From contig CAZBMT010000001.1 in assembly GCA_964492645.1 (NCBI GenBank), positions 1 through 57,727 of the forward strand: a stretch of DNA of 57,727 nucleotides, in the 5' to 3' direction. Source of the DNA: an uncultured Cyanobium sp. (GTDB taxonomy: Bacteria; Cyanobacteriota; Cyanobacteriia; PCC-6307; Cyanobiaceae). The translations under genes and the position numbers were made by a program. The notes below the pieces were generated by a model that saw only the letters and a program-made list of their open reading frames with translations, searched no databases and was not told the DNA's origin. Positions 35,754 through 46,400 of the stretch are shown here, piece by piece; positions within the stretch are counted from its first letter, which is position 1; each line of letters opens with the position of its first letter.

Positions 35754-37304
35754 ATGACCCTGGTTCGCCTGTCCCATCCGGCTGACGACGCTGATCTGCC
35801 GTCGTTCATTCACCCCACGCTGATGGATGCAATGGACGATCTGGAGCTCGTCATGGACTGCTGGAACGGCCTGAGGCGTGCCAAGGAAAAATACCTGCCA
35901 CGTGAACTTCGGGAGCCGAAGAAAGCCTATGAGGCCCGCTTGATGCGGACCTGCTTCAACAGCTTTTTCCGTGATGCGATCAACGCCTTCGCTGGCGTTC
36001 TTTCCCGGTACGAACTGGTCAACGCACCGCCGAAGCTGATCGAGTACGCCAACAACATCGACGGCCAGGGCAACAGCCTGCGGTCGTTCCTGATGAGGTC
36101 CGACGCCTGGGCGCTACGCGATGCCGGCTGCCTGCTGATGGCCGACATGCCACCGGCGCCTGAGGAAGGGCTGACCAGGGCTGACACCAGGGATCGGCGG
36201 CCGTATTTCTCGATGATCGATCGCCGCTGCCTGCTCAACTGGATCCCCGACAAGAGCCGCCCCGGCCACGCCAAGGCGCTTACCGTGCTCGAGATCGCCG
36301 AGGTGCCCAAGGGCCTCTACGGCATCGATTTTGTGCCGCAGTTCCGGGTCATGGATGGCGGCACCTGGCGGCTGCTGCAGCTGATCAAGAACGGCGCCAG
36401 CTGGGAGGCACAGCCAGTCATCGAGAACGGCCAGCCCATCCAGGGCCTTTTCAAGGACAGCAACGGCGACGTGCTGGAGGCCCCGCCGGTGCGCTGGTAC
36501 TCGGCGACGAACGACGGCTTCGGCTGCGGCGAGTTTCCGCTGCTGCCCCTGGCCGACTATGCCCTGGATCACTTCCGCGAGTACAGCGACCTGAAGGAAT
36601 TGCTGCACAAGACCGCCACGCCGGTGCCCGTCCGCAAGGGAATGCTCGGCACCAACAAGGACGGCAGCACGCCACCGATGATCCTGGGCCCGAACAGCGG
36701 CATCGACCTGCCGGAGGGCGGCGAGTTCTACTTCGCCGAGGTCACCGGCGCGGCCCTGGACAAGCACATGGAGCACCTCACCCACATCGAGACCCTGATC
36801 GACCGCAAGACCCTCTCCTTTCTGTTCAGCGGCGCCCAGAAGACCGCAACGCAGGCGAACCTGGAATCGGTACAGATGCAGGCGACCCTGCAGGGCGTCG
36901 GCGAGTCGAAGACCTCCGTGGCGCAGTCGATGATGGAGCTCTGGTGCGTCTTCAGCGGCGAGACGCTTTCCAGCGACGCCGCCATGGAGCTGGCCGAGGG
37001 GATCTTCGACGAACCGCTCACCACCGAGAAGCTGGGGCTGGCCGAGAAGCTCTACGACGACAGCCTGCTCAGCCGCAAAACCCTCGTGTACCTGGAGCAG
37101 AAGCTGGGCCTGCTGCCGCCGGGGCACACGCCTGAAGACGAGATCAAGCAGATCGAGGCGGAGGAACCGAAGCCGCTGCCGCCGGTGGACCCGAACGACA
37201 CCGAGGACGGCCTGCCCTTTGGGGGCCAGCCGCCCCCGCCGGCAGCCGCCGCACCAGCAGCGCCGGCGGGGGCGCCACGGGCGGCTGAACCGGCGGCGGC
37301 CTGA
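35754..37304 (+). CDS. Portal protein (DUF4055-like)
   Basis: YLPRELREPKKAYEARL, NIDGQGNSL, PLLPLA...H, KTATQ; size and position. Confidence 0.88.
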   Translation: MTLVRLSHPADDADLPSFIHPTLMDAMDDLELVMDCWNGLRRAKEKYLPRELREPKKAYEARLMRTCFNSFFRDAINAFAGVLSRYELVNAPPKLIEYANNIDGQGNSLRSFLMRSDAWALRDAGCLLMADMPPAPEEGLTRADTRDRRPYFSMIDRRCLLNWIPDKSRPGHAKALTVLEIAEVPKGLYGIDFVPQFRVMDGGTWRLLQLIKNGASWEAQPVIENGQPIQGLFKDSNGDVLEAPPVRWYSATNDGFGCGEFPLLPLADYALDHFREYSDLKELLHKTATPVPVRKGMLGTNKDGSTPPMILGPNSGIDLPEGGEFYFAEVTGAALDKHMEHLTHIETLIDRKTLSFLFSGAQKTATQANLESVQMQATLQGVGESKTSVAQSMMELWCVFSGETLSSDAAMELAEGIFDEPLTTEKLGLAEKLYDDSLLSRKTLVYLEQKLGLLPPGHTPEDEIKQIEAEEPKPLPPVDPNDTEDGLPFGGQPPPPAAAAPAAPAGAPRAAEPAAA

Positions 37305-37306
37305 CG

Positions 37307-38377
37307 ATGGCGACCACCAGGCGGATCGGCGGTCAGATCCTCCAGCTGGCTGACGACTACGCCGCCGCCCTGGACGGCCTGGGGCAGAACGCGGCGGCCA
37401 ACATCGCTGCCGCCACCAGGACATCGCTCGACGGGCTGCTGGGGCAGCTGCGGCGGGCCTACGGCAAGTTCCTCGACGAGGGCACCCCGGACAGTCTGAA
37501 CGCCAAGGGCGGCGTGCGCCGGCCCATGGAGTACACGATCCGCGAGGCGACGACCCGATACGCCGAGCTGCTGGAGATCAGCCAGGCGTTCCTGCCGGAT
37601 GCCGAGATCAAGGCGTTGCAGCGCCTGTACCAGGCCGACCTGGGCAAGGCCATTCAGCTCGGCGGTGAGCTGCAGGGCCGGCTGGTCTCCCTGGTGGATC
37701 CCCGGCGAGTGACACCGTTTGCGGGGCCCGATCGGCGGGTGCTGCAGGCGGCTGGCGAGCGGGCGTCGGCGTTCATCCGTGGCGAGAGCATGGCGTTCCG
37801 GGATTCCCTCACCCGGATCACCGTCGACGGGGTGGCCCGGGGCCGCGGGTATCGCTCGGTGGTCAAGGACATCAGGCGCCTGCTCGAGGGCGCCGCCGAC
37901 CCCGGCGGACTGAACCAGCGGATCGGCCTGAACCGTCGCGTCGAGCTGGTCGCCCGCTCAGAGCTGGCCAACGCCTATGTGCAGGCGCAGATGGACTACG
38001 CCCAGGCGGGCGGCTACCGCTATGTCCGCTGGATCGCAGTTGGCGACGAACGCACCTGCCCCACATGCGCTGCACGATCGGGTCGCATCTTTCGGGTCGA
38101 CGAAGCGGTCGGCACCGCTCACCCGCTATGTCGGTGCGTGATGGCCGCGGTGCCGAACGAAGCGGTCGAGGAGGCCGATCCAGAGCGGCGGGCGCGGCTG
38201 AGCGACGAAGCCTTCTGGGCGGATCACCGCCGGCAGGTCGAGGAGGCGCTGCAGGCGGCCCAGGGCTGGGACGTGTCGCAGCTGGAGGCCCGCATCCGGC
38301 AGAGCCTGTCGAAGCCCACGGCCAGCGAACGGCGGCTGTACCCGGACATCAAGAGATCGGCGCAGCCGGTGCTGTGA
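37307..38377 (+). CDS. Minor head protein (Mu gpF/SPP1 gp7-like)
   Basis: VARSELANAY...RWIAVGDERTCPTC...HPLCRC. Confidence 0.88.
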   Translation: MATTRRIGGQILQLADDYAAALDGLGQNAAANIAAATRTSLDGLLGQLRRAYGKFLDEGTPDSLNAKGGVRRPMEYTIREATTRYAELLEISQAFLPDAEIKALQRLYQADLGKAIQLGGELQGRLVSLVDPRRVTPFAGPDRRVLQAAGERASAFIRGESMAFRDSLTRITVDGVARGRGYRSVVKDIRRLLEGAADPGGLNQRIGLNRRVELVARSELANAYVQAQMDYAQAGGYRYVRWIAVGDERTCPTCAARSGRIFRVDEAVGTAHPLCRCVMAAVPNEAVEEADPERRARLSDEAFWADHRRQVEEALQAAQGWDVSQLEARIRQSLSKPTASERRLYPDIKRSAQPVL

Positions 38378-38436
38378 CCATGGCAGTCGCCGATCTCGGT
38401 CGGGACTGCGATCATGGCTGCAGCTGAAGCCTGCCC

Positions 38437-38712
38437 ATGGCTGCCACGATCGTTCCAGAGGGACTGGCCCTGTTCCTCACCCTGCTGCTGTGCATCGAGA
38501 ACAGGAACCTGCCGGCCTGCCGCTACGGGCTGCGGCTGGTGGCGATCAACCTGGACGACCGAGAGGCGGTGCGCTTCACCCAGTTGCTCGTGAACACCTG
38601 CAGCCCCAGCGATCGCTACTGGCTGCGGAACATCCTTGGCGAGCGGCCCGAACCCGTCAGACCGAGCGATGCAACACCTGACGACCTGCCGCTGGTCAAG
38701 ACGGAAAACTGA
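38437..38712 (+). CDS. Hypothetical protein
   Basis: 91-aa ORF ending in the GAAAACTGA motif. Confidence 0.55.
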   Translation: MAATIVPEGLALFLTLLLCIENRNLPACRYGLRLVAINLDDREAVRFTQLLVNTCSPSDRYWLRNILGERPEPVRPSDATPDDLPLVKTEN

Positions 38713-38735
38713 AGCTGCAACCCGTCCCTTTCGCC

Positions 38736-39251
38736 ATGCTGCTGCTCGATCCGATGTGGCGGCCGAATACCACCGGTCCGACACCCGTGGACCGCGAAGA
38801 CAGGGAGCTGATCCGCCAGTACAGCAAGTTCCCGGCCACCGAGTCATCGCTGGTGAGCATCACCGAGCAGATGAACGCCGTTGCCCAGTACAGCCCCGCC
38901 ACGGTGCGGAAGGTGCAGGGCTGGATCGACGAGATCGAGGACCTCGAGGAGCAGCAGGCTGGCGCCATCGCGGACGGGACCGCCTTCCTTGGCAACGTCG
39001 CCGAATACGAGGGCCTGCGGCCGGGGTACAACCCAACCCGCCGGGACATGGTCAGCAAGGCGGAAGACCTCGAATGGGACGTGGAGACCCTGGCCAAAGT
39101 GCGGATCCGCACCGGCCGCGCCGGCGGCGAGGGCACAGCCACCGGGATGCAGAACAGCCGGATCGCGGAGCTGAAGGCCCGGGTGCTCGGCGCGTTGGCC
39201 CTCACCGGTCCCTCTGGTGACTGGGGTACCACCTCCCTGGAGCGCAGCTGA
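38736..39251 (+). CDS. Putative head-tail adaptor
   Basis: Position; KAEDLEWD motif. Confidence 0.5.
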   Translation: MLLLDPMWRPNTTGPTPVDREDRELIRQYSKFPATESSLVSITEQMNAVAQYSPATVRKVQGWIDEIEDLEEQQAGAIADGTAFLGNVAEYEGLRPGYNPTRRDMVSKAEDLEWDVETLAKVRIRTGRAGGEGTATGMQNSRIAELKARVLGALALTGPSGDWGTTSLERS

Positions 39252-39754
39252 TGGCATCACCGTTCGCCGACTTCCCCAACATCAGGCTGGGCTGGCGGCG
39301 GCCCACCGCAGCGCCGACCAGCCTGCGTGATGGCCTGTCCAGCTCCTCTCAGGTCATCGCCATCGATGGCTACCTGAGCGGCAAGTCCATCGCCCGGGGG
39401 CGCCCCGGCGGCGAAGCTGACGGCTTGCCCACGATCGTCACACCAGGCGAGCGCTCGGCCAAGGTGTTCATCATCCGCTGGGCCCTGGTGCCGCTCGGCG
39501 AGAGCTGCTTCCACCCCGGCACCAGCTGGGCCTGGGACGACAGCGGCCTGCGGCCGGCGGGGATGACCGCCGGTGACCGGGAGCTGCAGGTCTACTTCGG
39601 AGACCTCGCCGCCATCGCAACGCCACCGGCCGGCAGCATCGGCACGGCGGTGATCGATCAGGTTGGCGGCCCATCCGGTGATGGCGGCGTCGGCGCCGTG
39701 CTGCGCGAGGAGGCCGGCGACCAGCTGTTCGTGACCCTGCGGTTCCCACGGTGA
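39251..39754 (+). CDS. Putative head closure/neck protein
   Basis: Position; MASPFADFPN start; coupled. Confidence 0.5.
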   Translation: MASPFADFPNIRLGWRRPTAAPTSLRDGLSSSSQVIAIDGYLSGKSIARGRPGGEADGLPTIVTPGERSAKVFIIRWALVPLGESCFHPGTSWAWDDSGLRPAGMTAGDRELQVYFGDLAAIATPPAGSIGTAVIDQVGGPSGDGGVGAVLREEAGDQLFVTLRFPR

Positions 39755-40185
39755 AGATCAGCTTCAAGACCAGCTACGTCCGCAACGCTCGCCAGGCATC
39801 GGAGCAGGCCGCCAAGGCCTCGTTTCAGATCCTCAATGCCCGCTTCCAGGCGGCACTGGCCGCACCGGTATTCGACTGGCGGCCGGGTGTCACCACGGTG
39901 CGCAGCAATGGCCAGACGGTCGGCTCACCGCGGAATGCGATCGACACCGGCAACCTGCGTGACAGCAACACCGGCCCGGTGATCAGCGGCCTGCGGGTGC
40001 AGTTCCGGTGGCGCACGCCTTACGCGGCTGCGGCGCATGAGGGCGCGGTGCTGAGCAGCGGCACCGTCCTGCCGGCGCGGCCATGGACCGGCGCGGTGCT
40101 GGGCACCGAGCCGGTCACCGGGATCCCGGTGCTGGATCTCGGCACCCTGTTCCGCGATACCTGGCTGCAGGCGTTTCGGAGGTGA
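39751..40185 (+). CDS. HK97 gp10-like tail completion protein
   Basis: IDTGNLRDS...PYAAAAHEG...PARPW. Confidence 0.75.
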   Translation: MKISFKTSYVRNARQASEQAAKASFQILNARFQAALAAPVFDWRPGVTTVRSNGQTVGSPRNAIDTGNLRDSNTGPVISGLRVQFRWRTPYAAAAHEGAVLSSGTVLPARPWTGAVLGTEPVTGIPVLDLGTLFRDTWLQAFRR

Positions 40186-40224
40186 CAGGCCGGAAAACTC
40201 CTGATGGCACCCACCAACTGCACC

Positions 40225-41004
40225 ATGGATCTTCCCTTTCTCGTCAAGCCGCGTCCGTCGTTTGAGGAGATCGGCTCCGACGAATCGGGAAAGCTGCGGT
40301 TCCGCAAGCAGCTGAGCATCGGCCCTGCTGAGCGGCTCGCGGTCAAGGAGGTCGATCGCAGCAATGAGCTGTTCGAGGCCCTGGCCAAGATGACCGACCG
40401 GCTGCACAAGGAGGCCAAGGAGCAGCGCAGCCATGGGCGGGACACGATGTTCGCGCTCACCTGCAGCCGCAGCCTGGCCGATGCCTACGTGGTGCTGCTG
40501 CAAGCCGTGACGATGATCGAGCAGGGCGGCATCCCAATCGGCGACCCGGCGGCGGTGGAGATCGCCCTGGCCCACCAGCAGACCGTGCGGGAGCTGGCGC
40601 TGCAGAAGGCGGCCAACACGGATGCGATCATCATTCGCAAGGCCACGGTGATGATTCAGCGGCGGTTGCATGGCTGCGCTGACTGGACCGATGCCGACAC
40701 CGAGAAGCTCGACAACGAGGCGCTGGTGCTGGCGATCGCCATGTTCTTCGACCGGGAGGTGAGCGGCATGGACACCATTGCCGGCCTGGAGCAGAAGCAC
40801 AAGGCGCTGGAGGAGCTCCAGGAGGCCTTGGGAAAGCTGCGACAGGAACCTGGGAGCCACCAGCCGATCCAGACTGGGCAGAGCTCTACTGGCGATGCGC
40901 CGCCGCCTACCCCGGCCGAGACGAGTTCGGCCCCGATCGCTTCGGAGAGCTCCCCATCCCCTACATCTTCGGCGCGCTCGCTGCCGCCGGCAAGCAGCGA
41001 CTGA
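40225..41004 (+). CDS. Tail assembly chaperone (gpG-like)
   Basis: Contains in-frame G GGA AAG slippery site at 40830-40836; alternative start 40204. Confidence 0.7.
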   Translation: MDLPFLVKPRPSFEEIGSDESGKLRFRKQLSIGPAERLAVKEVDRSNELFEALAKMTDRLHKEAKEQRSHGRDTMFALTCSRSLADAYVVLLQAVTMIEQGGIPIGDPAAVEIALAHQQTVRELALQKAANTDAIIIRKATVMIQRRLHGCADWTDADTEKLDNEALVLAIAMFFDREVSGMDTIAGLEQKHKALEELQEALGKLRQEPGSHQPIQTGQSSTGDAPPPTPAETSSAPIASESSPSPTSSARSLPPASSD

Positions 41005-41480
41005 AGCAGCTGCACGACGATGAGCAGGCCATCGCCATGAACACGGCGATGATGGTCGAGCTGCAGCGCAACACCAGGAAGCGCACGAAGCCCTATCAGC
41101 CGGCGGATTTCTACTGCTGGGAAAGCGGTGAACCGGGCGAGCCCCCGGAGGCTGGCGCGGCGATGCTCGAGCTGATCAGGCGCGGCCTGTTCCCGCAGTT
41201 CGCGCTGGGCGAGTGGCACGACGACCTGAAGCGGGCAGGGGCCAACACGGAGCCGCCATCGCTGCTCGCCTGGTGGTCCGAGGAGGCCATCCTGCTGGCG
41301 CCACGGCGGGTTGGCCCAGAGCAGTGGGGCGGGTACCTGATCGCCATGGCCGAGGCCGCGGGCACGACCCAGACCTTCACGAACGAGCACGGCGATTCCG
41401 TGCTGCTGACTGTGCCGCCGACTGTCGGAGCAGTTGGAGCAATCGAAGCGGAGGCAGGCGCTGTTCTTCCCATCGGCTGA
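40830..41480 (+). CDS. Tail assembly chaperone gpT-like extension reached by -1 frameshift
   Basis: -1 frame is open from the slippery site (AATGTWEPPADPDWAELYWRC...) into ORF 41037-41480. Confidence 0.75.
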   Translation, partial: GKAATGTWEPPADPDWAELYWRCAAAYPGRDEFGPDRFGELPIPYIFGALAAAGKQRLKQLHDDEQAIAMNTAMMVELQRNTRKRTKPYQPADFYCWESGEPGEPPEAGAAMLELIRRGLFPQFALGEWHDDLKRAGANTEPPSLLAWWSEEAILLAPRRVGPEQWGGYLIAMAEAAGTTQTFTNEHGDSVLLTVPPTVGAVGAIEAEAGAVLPIG

Positions 41481-41640
41481 TCTGCCGGTACCCCCAGTTG
41501 ACGCGGCTTTCAGCGCCGCTGATCGAGTCGAAGTAGCCCAGGCTCACCTGCTGGCCCAGGAACCAGACTCTCGCCTGCCAGGGCCTGAGGCGGTTCCTGG
41601 GGCGGTAGGCAACACCACGTGGCAGCCAGCTGCGCTCCAA
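41377..41640 (-). CDS. AP2-domain DNA-binding protein
   Basis: PRGVAYRPRNRLRPWQARVWFLGQQVSLGYFDSISGAE; minus-strand GGAAAACT at 41661-41668. Confidence 0.75.
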   Translation of the reverse strand: MERSWLPRGVAYRPRNRLRPWQARVWFLGQQVSLGYFDSISGAESRVNWGYRQISRWEEQRLPPLRLLQLLRQSAAQSAARNRRARS

Positions 41641-41719
41641 CCATCTGTCGCTGCTACAGCAGTTTTCCGGGCAGGTTACGGGCCAGGGAGAACTGAGGCT
41701 GACGCACGCACTGACGCCA

Positions 41720-42565
41720 ATGGCTCGCGGTTACGGCTACAGGGTCTTCATGCAGCCCATCCTTCCTCAGTACATCGATCTGGCGAGCGTGCTGGTGGCC
41801 CAGGAGGCGCGGACGGCCCTGGGTCCCGGCGGCTGGATGGACAACACCATCCTGGCGCCGCAGGGGGCGATCATCCATGAACACGGCCTGCAGAGCGGCC
41901 AGGAGTTCTACCTCAGCCTGAACGACACCACCTTCACGATCACCAACGCGGCCCTGGCCACGAACGTGGCCACGCTGACCATCGGCACCCACTCCAAGAC
42001 CGTGGGCAACCGGGTGAAGGTCGCCAACCTGCCCAGTCCGTTCGCCAGTCTCAACGGCACCCACGAGATCACGGCGGTGGCCGCCACGACCGTGAGCTTC
42101 GCCCTGACCGGTGCCAACATCAGCAGTGCCGCGGTAGCGGCCGGCACCGCAACGATCGGCACCGACCTGAAGCTCGACGGCACCGACCCCCCGTTCCGCC
42201 TGCTGGGCATCGAGAGCGGCCCGTACAACGGCGAGACCGACACCGAGGAGACGCCGACCTGGGATGACGAGGCGGCCGGCTTCAAGCGCAGCGAGGCGAC
42301 GGCAAAATCCGCCAGCATCGACTTCGCCGGGATCTCCAACTTCAATGATGCCGGCTTCAACATCATGCAGCTGTGCGAGGCCGGTAACGTCAGCCGCAAC
42401 CTGTACGCGAAGCTCGCCCGCATCGGCCCCGCCGGTTACAACGAGGTCCGTTTCGGCTACGGCCGCTTCGACAGCTTCGGGGAGAACAACGACGCTGGCA
42501 CCACCATCAAGTGGCAGGTTCCCTTCAACTTTGACGGCATCTGCGGCCTGGTGCGTCACCAGTAG
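41720..42565 (+). CDS. Major tail tube protein with inserted beta-rich domain
   Basis: Position upstream of the tape measure; TPTWDDEAAGFKRSEAT; Thr/Ala-rich insert; terminator follows. Confidence 0.75.
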   Translation: MARGYGYRVFMQPILPQYIDLASVLVAQEARTALGPGGWMDNTILAPQGAIIHEHGLQSGQEFYLSLNDTTFTITNAALATNVATLTIGTHSKTVGNRVKVANLPSPFASLNGTHEITAVAATTVSFALTGANISSAAVAAGTATIGTDLKLDGTDPPFRLLGIESGPYNGETDTEETPTWDDEAAGFKRSEATAKSASIDFAGISNFNDAGFNIMQLCEAGNVSRNLYAKLARIGPAGYNEVRFGYGRFDSFGENNDAGTTIKWQVPFNFDGICGLVRHQ

Positions 42566-42587
42566 GCGCATCAGGCCATGGGTCCCT

Positions 42588-42613
42588 GGGGCCTCTCGCG
42601 GGCCCCCTTTTTT
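42588..42613 (+). terminator. Rho-independent terminator
   Basis: GGGGCC-N7-GGCCCC followed by CTTTTTT. Confidence 0.75.
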
Positions 42614-42849
42614 CATGCAAGCGGGTCGTCCCACGGTGGCGGCTCCAGAGCGAGATCCGCAGGCCGCACCGTCGGCGCGGTGCGCTGCCGCATCATCCAT
42701 CGGGTCGCGGCCTGCTGGGTCAGCCATGCCATGAGCAGCTGCTTGGCGATTCCCCGTAGCGCTGCCGGATCGCTGGTGGCATCGATGGCCTTGCTGAAGC
42801 GGGCGATCTCGAAGTCCTGCCCCAGCGTCAGGGCAATGGCGTCTTCCAT
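42613..42849 (-). CDS. nblA: NblA-like phycobilisome degradation protein
   Basis: LTLGQDFEIARFSKAIDATSDPAALRGIAKQLLMAWLTQQAATRWMM fits the NblA two-helix pattern (L[ST]LxQxF); minus-strand GGAAAACT 21 nt upstream. Confidence 0.72.
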   Translation of the reverse strand: MEDAIALTLGQDFEIARFSKAIDATSDPAALRGIAKQLLMAWLTQQAATRWMMRQRTAPTVRPADLALEPPPWDDPLA

Positions 42850-42919
42850 CTGAGCATGAGCGGTTGCCAAAGTTTTCCCTTCCCTGTGATGGGAAAACTC
42901 AATCAGCAACCCCACGGCC

Positions 42920-43387
42920 ATGCCACTGCCAGCCGATTCCGGCGCCCTGTACGACCTGCTCGCTGCTGATTCCGCCCTGCTGGCCCTGCTCGGCACTTAC
43001 ACGTTCCGCGATGGCCGGAGCGAGCGGGCCCTGGCGAGACTATGGCCGAACGAACCTGTCGACCAGACGCCGCGATGCACCGGCGTCGAGGTGGCGGTCG
43101 CCAGGATCCCGACCACTGCCGGCCGGCCGCTGTTCTCCGGCGAGGTCATGGCCGCCCCCGTGTTCCGCATCTACGTGACCCAGTGGGCCGTGCCGCAGGA
43201 GCCCCCAGGCCTGCCGCACAACCTGGATGCCGTCGTGAACCGGATCCTGGTGCTGCTCGAAGGGCAGGCCGAAGCCACGCCAGCAGGGCTGCCGGATGGC
43301 CTCACCGGGCTCGGGCAGGTGGTGATCCGCTACGCCGCGATCGAGTCGCAACTGCATCCAGCCGCCGCCACCTACCCGGAAAACTGA
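42920..43387 (+). CDS. Putative tail terminator
   Basis: LYDLLAADSALLALLGTY...; position. Confidence 0.6.
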   Translation: MPLPADSGALYDLLAADSALLALLGTYTFRDGRSERALARLWPNEPVDQTPRCTGVEVAVARIPTTAGRPLFSGEVMAAPVFRIYVTQWAVPQEPPGLPHNLDAVVNRILVLLEGQAEATPAGLPDGLTGLGQVVIRYAAIESQLHPAAATYPEN

Positions 43388-43407
43388 GGTAGCACCCGCC
43401 TGCGGCC

Positions 43408-46400
43408 TTGACTGATTTCGTCGTCGAAGGCGGTTTTGACGACCGCCAGATCCTGGAAGGCTTCAAGAAGCTGGTCGTTCAAGGCGAGGAAGCCGGCCGC
43501 AAGGTTGGCGCTGGCTTCCAGGATCAGCTCAACCGCTTCGGGAAGCGATCGATCGCGGCGCTGCAGGATGACCTGGGGCGCCTGCAGGCGCGGCAGCTGC
43601 GGCTCAACGTGGACTCGGCGGCGTTCACCAAGACCGGCGAACGGATCAAGGAGCTGCAGAAGCTCATCGACCTGGCGAGCCAGAAGCAACTGTCGCTGAA
43701 GTTCAACCCCGGATCGATCAATGCGCTCACCGCCAAGCTGCAAGAGCTGCAGGCCCGCAGCCTTAATCTGAAGGTCAACAGCAACGAATACCGCGATGCG
43801 CAGGCCCAGGTGCAGGCGTTGCAGCGGCGCATCGAAACCCTTGGACGGGCACCGGTGAAGGCGGGCAGCCTGGATGCCCTGAACCAGCAGCTGCAGCGGC
43901 TGGAGACCCGCCGGTTGAGCCTCAACGTGAACTCGGCGGCGTTCGGGAAAGCCGAGCAGCAGATCCGTGCGGTGCAGGAGCGGATCGAGCAGGTGAACAA
44001 CCGCCGGCTGCTGCTCAACGCGGACCCCCGCAGCGTGCTGGTGCTGCGGGCCCGCCTGCAGGAGATCAACCAGCAGCTGGAGCGTGTCGCCATCGGCAGC
44101 AGGGCGTTCCAGCGGCTGACCCGGGAGGCGCGTGCAGCAGAGGAGGCCATCCAGCGCGCCAGCGGCGCCACCAAGGGCATCGGCATCGGCCTCGATGCGA
44201 TCCTCCCGGCGGCTGGCGCCCTGGGCATCCTGCTGGCGATCGGCAGGGCGCTGACCTTCATCGCCACGGAATCCTCCAAGCTCGACTCTGCCAGTGCTGC
44301 GATCCGCACGCTGGGCGGCAACTCGGCAGAGCTGGAGTCGCGGCTGCTCGCGGTGAGCCGCGCCACCGACAGCGCCATCTCGCAGACTGAGCTGGTCCGC
44401 GCCGCCTATGACGTTGTCTCCTCCGGGTTTGTCGAGGCCGCCGATGCGGCGCAGATCCTGCAGGCAGCGAACCTCGGCGCCGTCGGCGGCTTCTCTGACA
44501 TCGACACCGTGGCCAATGCCACCACGTCGGTGCTCAACGCCTACGGGCTGGCGGCAGACCAGGCCGGCCGGTTGATCGATGGGTTCATCCAGACTCAGAA
44601 CGACGGCAAGATCGTCCTGGCTGAATACGCTCAGCAGATCGGCAAGCTGGCGCCGATCGCGGCAGCTGCGGGTGTTTCGATCGAAGAAGTCAACGCCGCC
44701 ATTGCCGTTGCCACGGTTGCTGGCGTCCGGCCGGAAGCGGCCATCACGGGCCTGCGGCAGGCGATCGGCGCGATCATCAAGCCCAGCGAACAGGCGGAAG
44801 AACTGGCGTCGAGGCTGGGCATCGGCTTCAGCGCCCAGGCGCTGAAGGCCAAGGGCCTCACCGGCGTGCTGGCGGATGTCGCCGCTGCCACGAAGGGGTC
44901 GAGCGGCCTGAACCTGGAGCTGTTCGGCAGCGTCGAGGCACTGACCGCGATCCAGCCGTCGCTGACCAGCAGCCTGGAGAAGTACACCAAGGCCCTGGAG
45001 AACCAGAAGAACGCTACCGGCGTGGCGAAGAAGGCCAACGACGAAGTGGCCGACACGGTCGAGGGCGCCACGAAGCGGATCAAGGGCGCCATCGCCAACC
45101 TGGCCAGCTCGGTTGGCACCTCGGTGATGCAGGACGCGATCCCGGCGCTGAACTTCCTCTCCAAGTCGATCGAGGATCTGCAGTCGGTCACCGAAGCCAC
45201 GAGGCTGCAGGAGGCGTTCGGCTTCTCGACGCAGGAGGCGCTGCAGCTGGTCGGCACGCTTCGGAGCATCGAGGAGCGCTACAAGCTGAGCGCCCAGGAG
45301 GCGAAGAACCTGCTCAGCAACGCCGTCGCCAACAGCGGCGCTGCCCGCGACTGGTTCGGCAACCTCAGGGCTGGCGGCGAGAACTTCGGCCGCGTGCAGG
45401 AGGGCTTGATCGCGCAGGCGATCGACTGGAGCAGCAAGAGGACCGCCGGGGCGAAGGCAGCCGCTGCCGCGGAGGATGAGGTCAGCCTGTCGCTGGAGGA
45501 ACAGGTCGCCATCCTGCGGCAGCTCGGGGCGTCGCGGGAGGCGCTGACGAAGCAGCAGCAGCAGGTACCGCTCGCGCAGCTCGGCGCCCAGCTGCAGGGC
45601 GCTCAGTCGCTGGTCACCTTCGCCACTGCGCTGGCGGATCTGGAGGAGTCGCGGTTCGCCACCGTGCGGGCCCGCAACCAGTTCGAGATCGACAACGCCG
45701 CCAAGCTGGGCATCACCCAGGAAGGCATCGCCCAGCGCGAGGCGGCGAACCTGGAGCTGCAGAAGCAGGGCCTGATTGCCCGGTACAAGGCCACCCTGCA
45801 GCAGCAGCAGCTGGAGCAGGTCACCCTCGGACTGAAGCAGCGGCAGGCGCAGATCGAAGCGCAACTGCTGGTGCTGGATCAGCAGCGTGCCGTCATCAAG
45901 GCGAAACGTGAGCTGGCCAGTGCCAACGCCAGCCTGGATGCACAGCGCATCGCTGATGCCCAGAACCTGCTGCAGCAGGAGAAGATCAGCCTGGGGCTCG
46001 TCGAGCAGAAGCTCGACATCCTCAACAAGATCGCGCCGGTCGAACGGCTCGTCGCGCAGGCCACCGCCGAGACCGCCCAGCAGCAGCTGCTGGCCCAGGG
46101 CGCCACGCTGGGGATCGAGCAGCAGCTGCGGAACATCACACCGCTGCAGCAGGCTTACAGCAACGCCTGGCGGGATGTCGTGCAGAACGCCGCGAAGGTG
46201 CCGGATGGATTGAACACGATCAACCGGCTGACGACTGGCGCTGCAAACGCCGCCGAGGATCTGGGCAGCGGCTTCATCCAGGTGGGGGACAAGGTGAAGA
46301 CGTTCGGCGCCTCCAGGATCGATCGGGTCACCGATGACGCCGCCGGGTCGGCCCGGTCGTTCGCGGCCAGCATGGATGACGCGGCCGGCAGCGCACAGCG

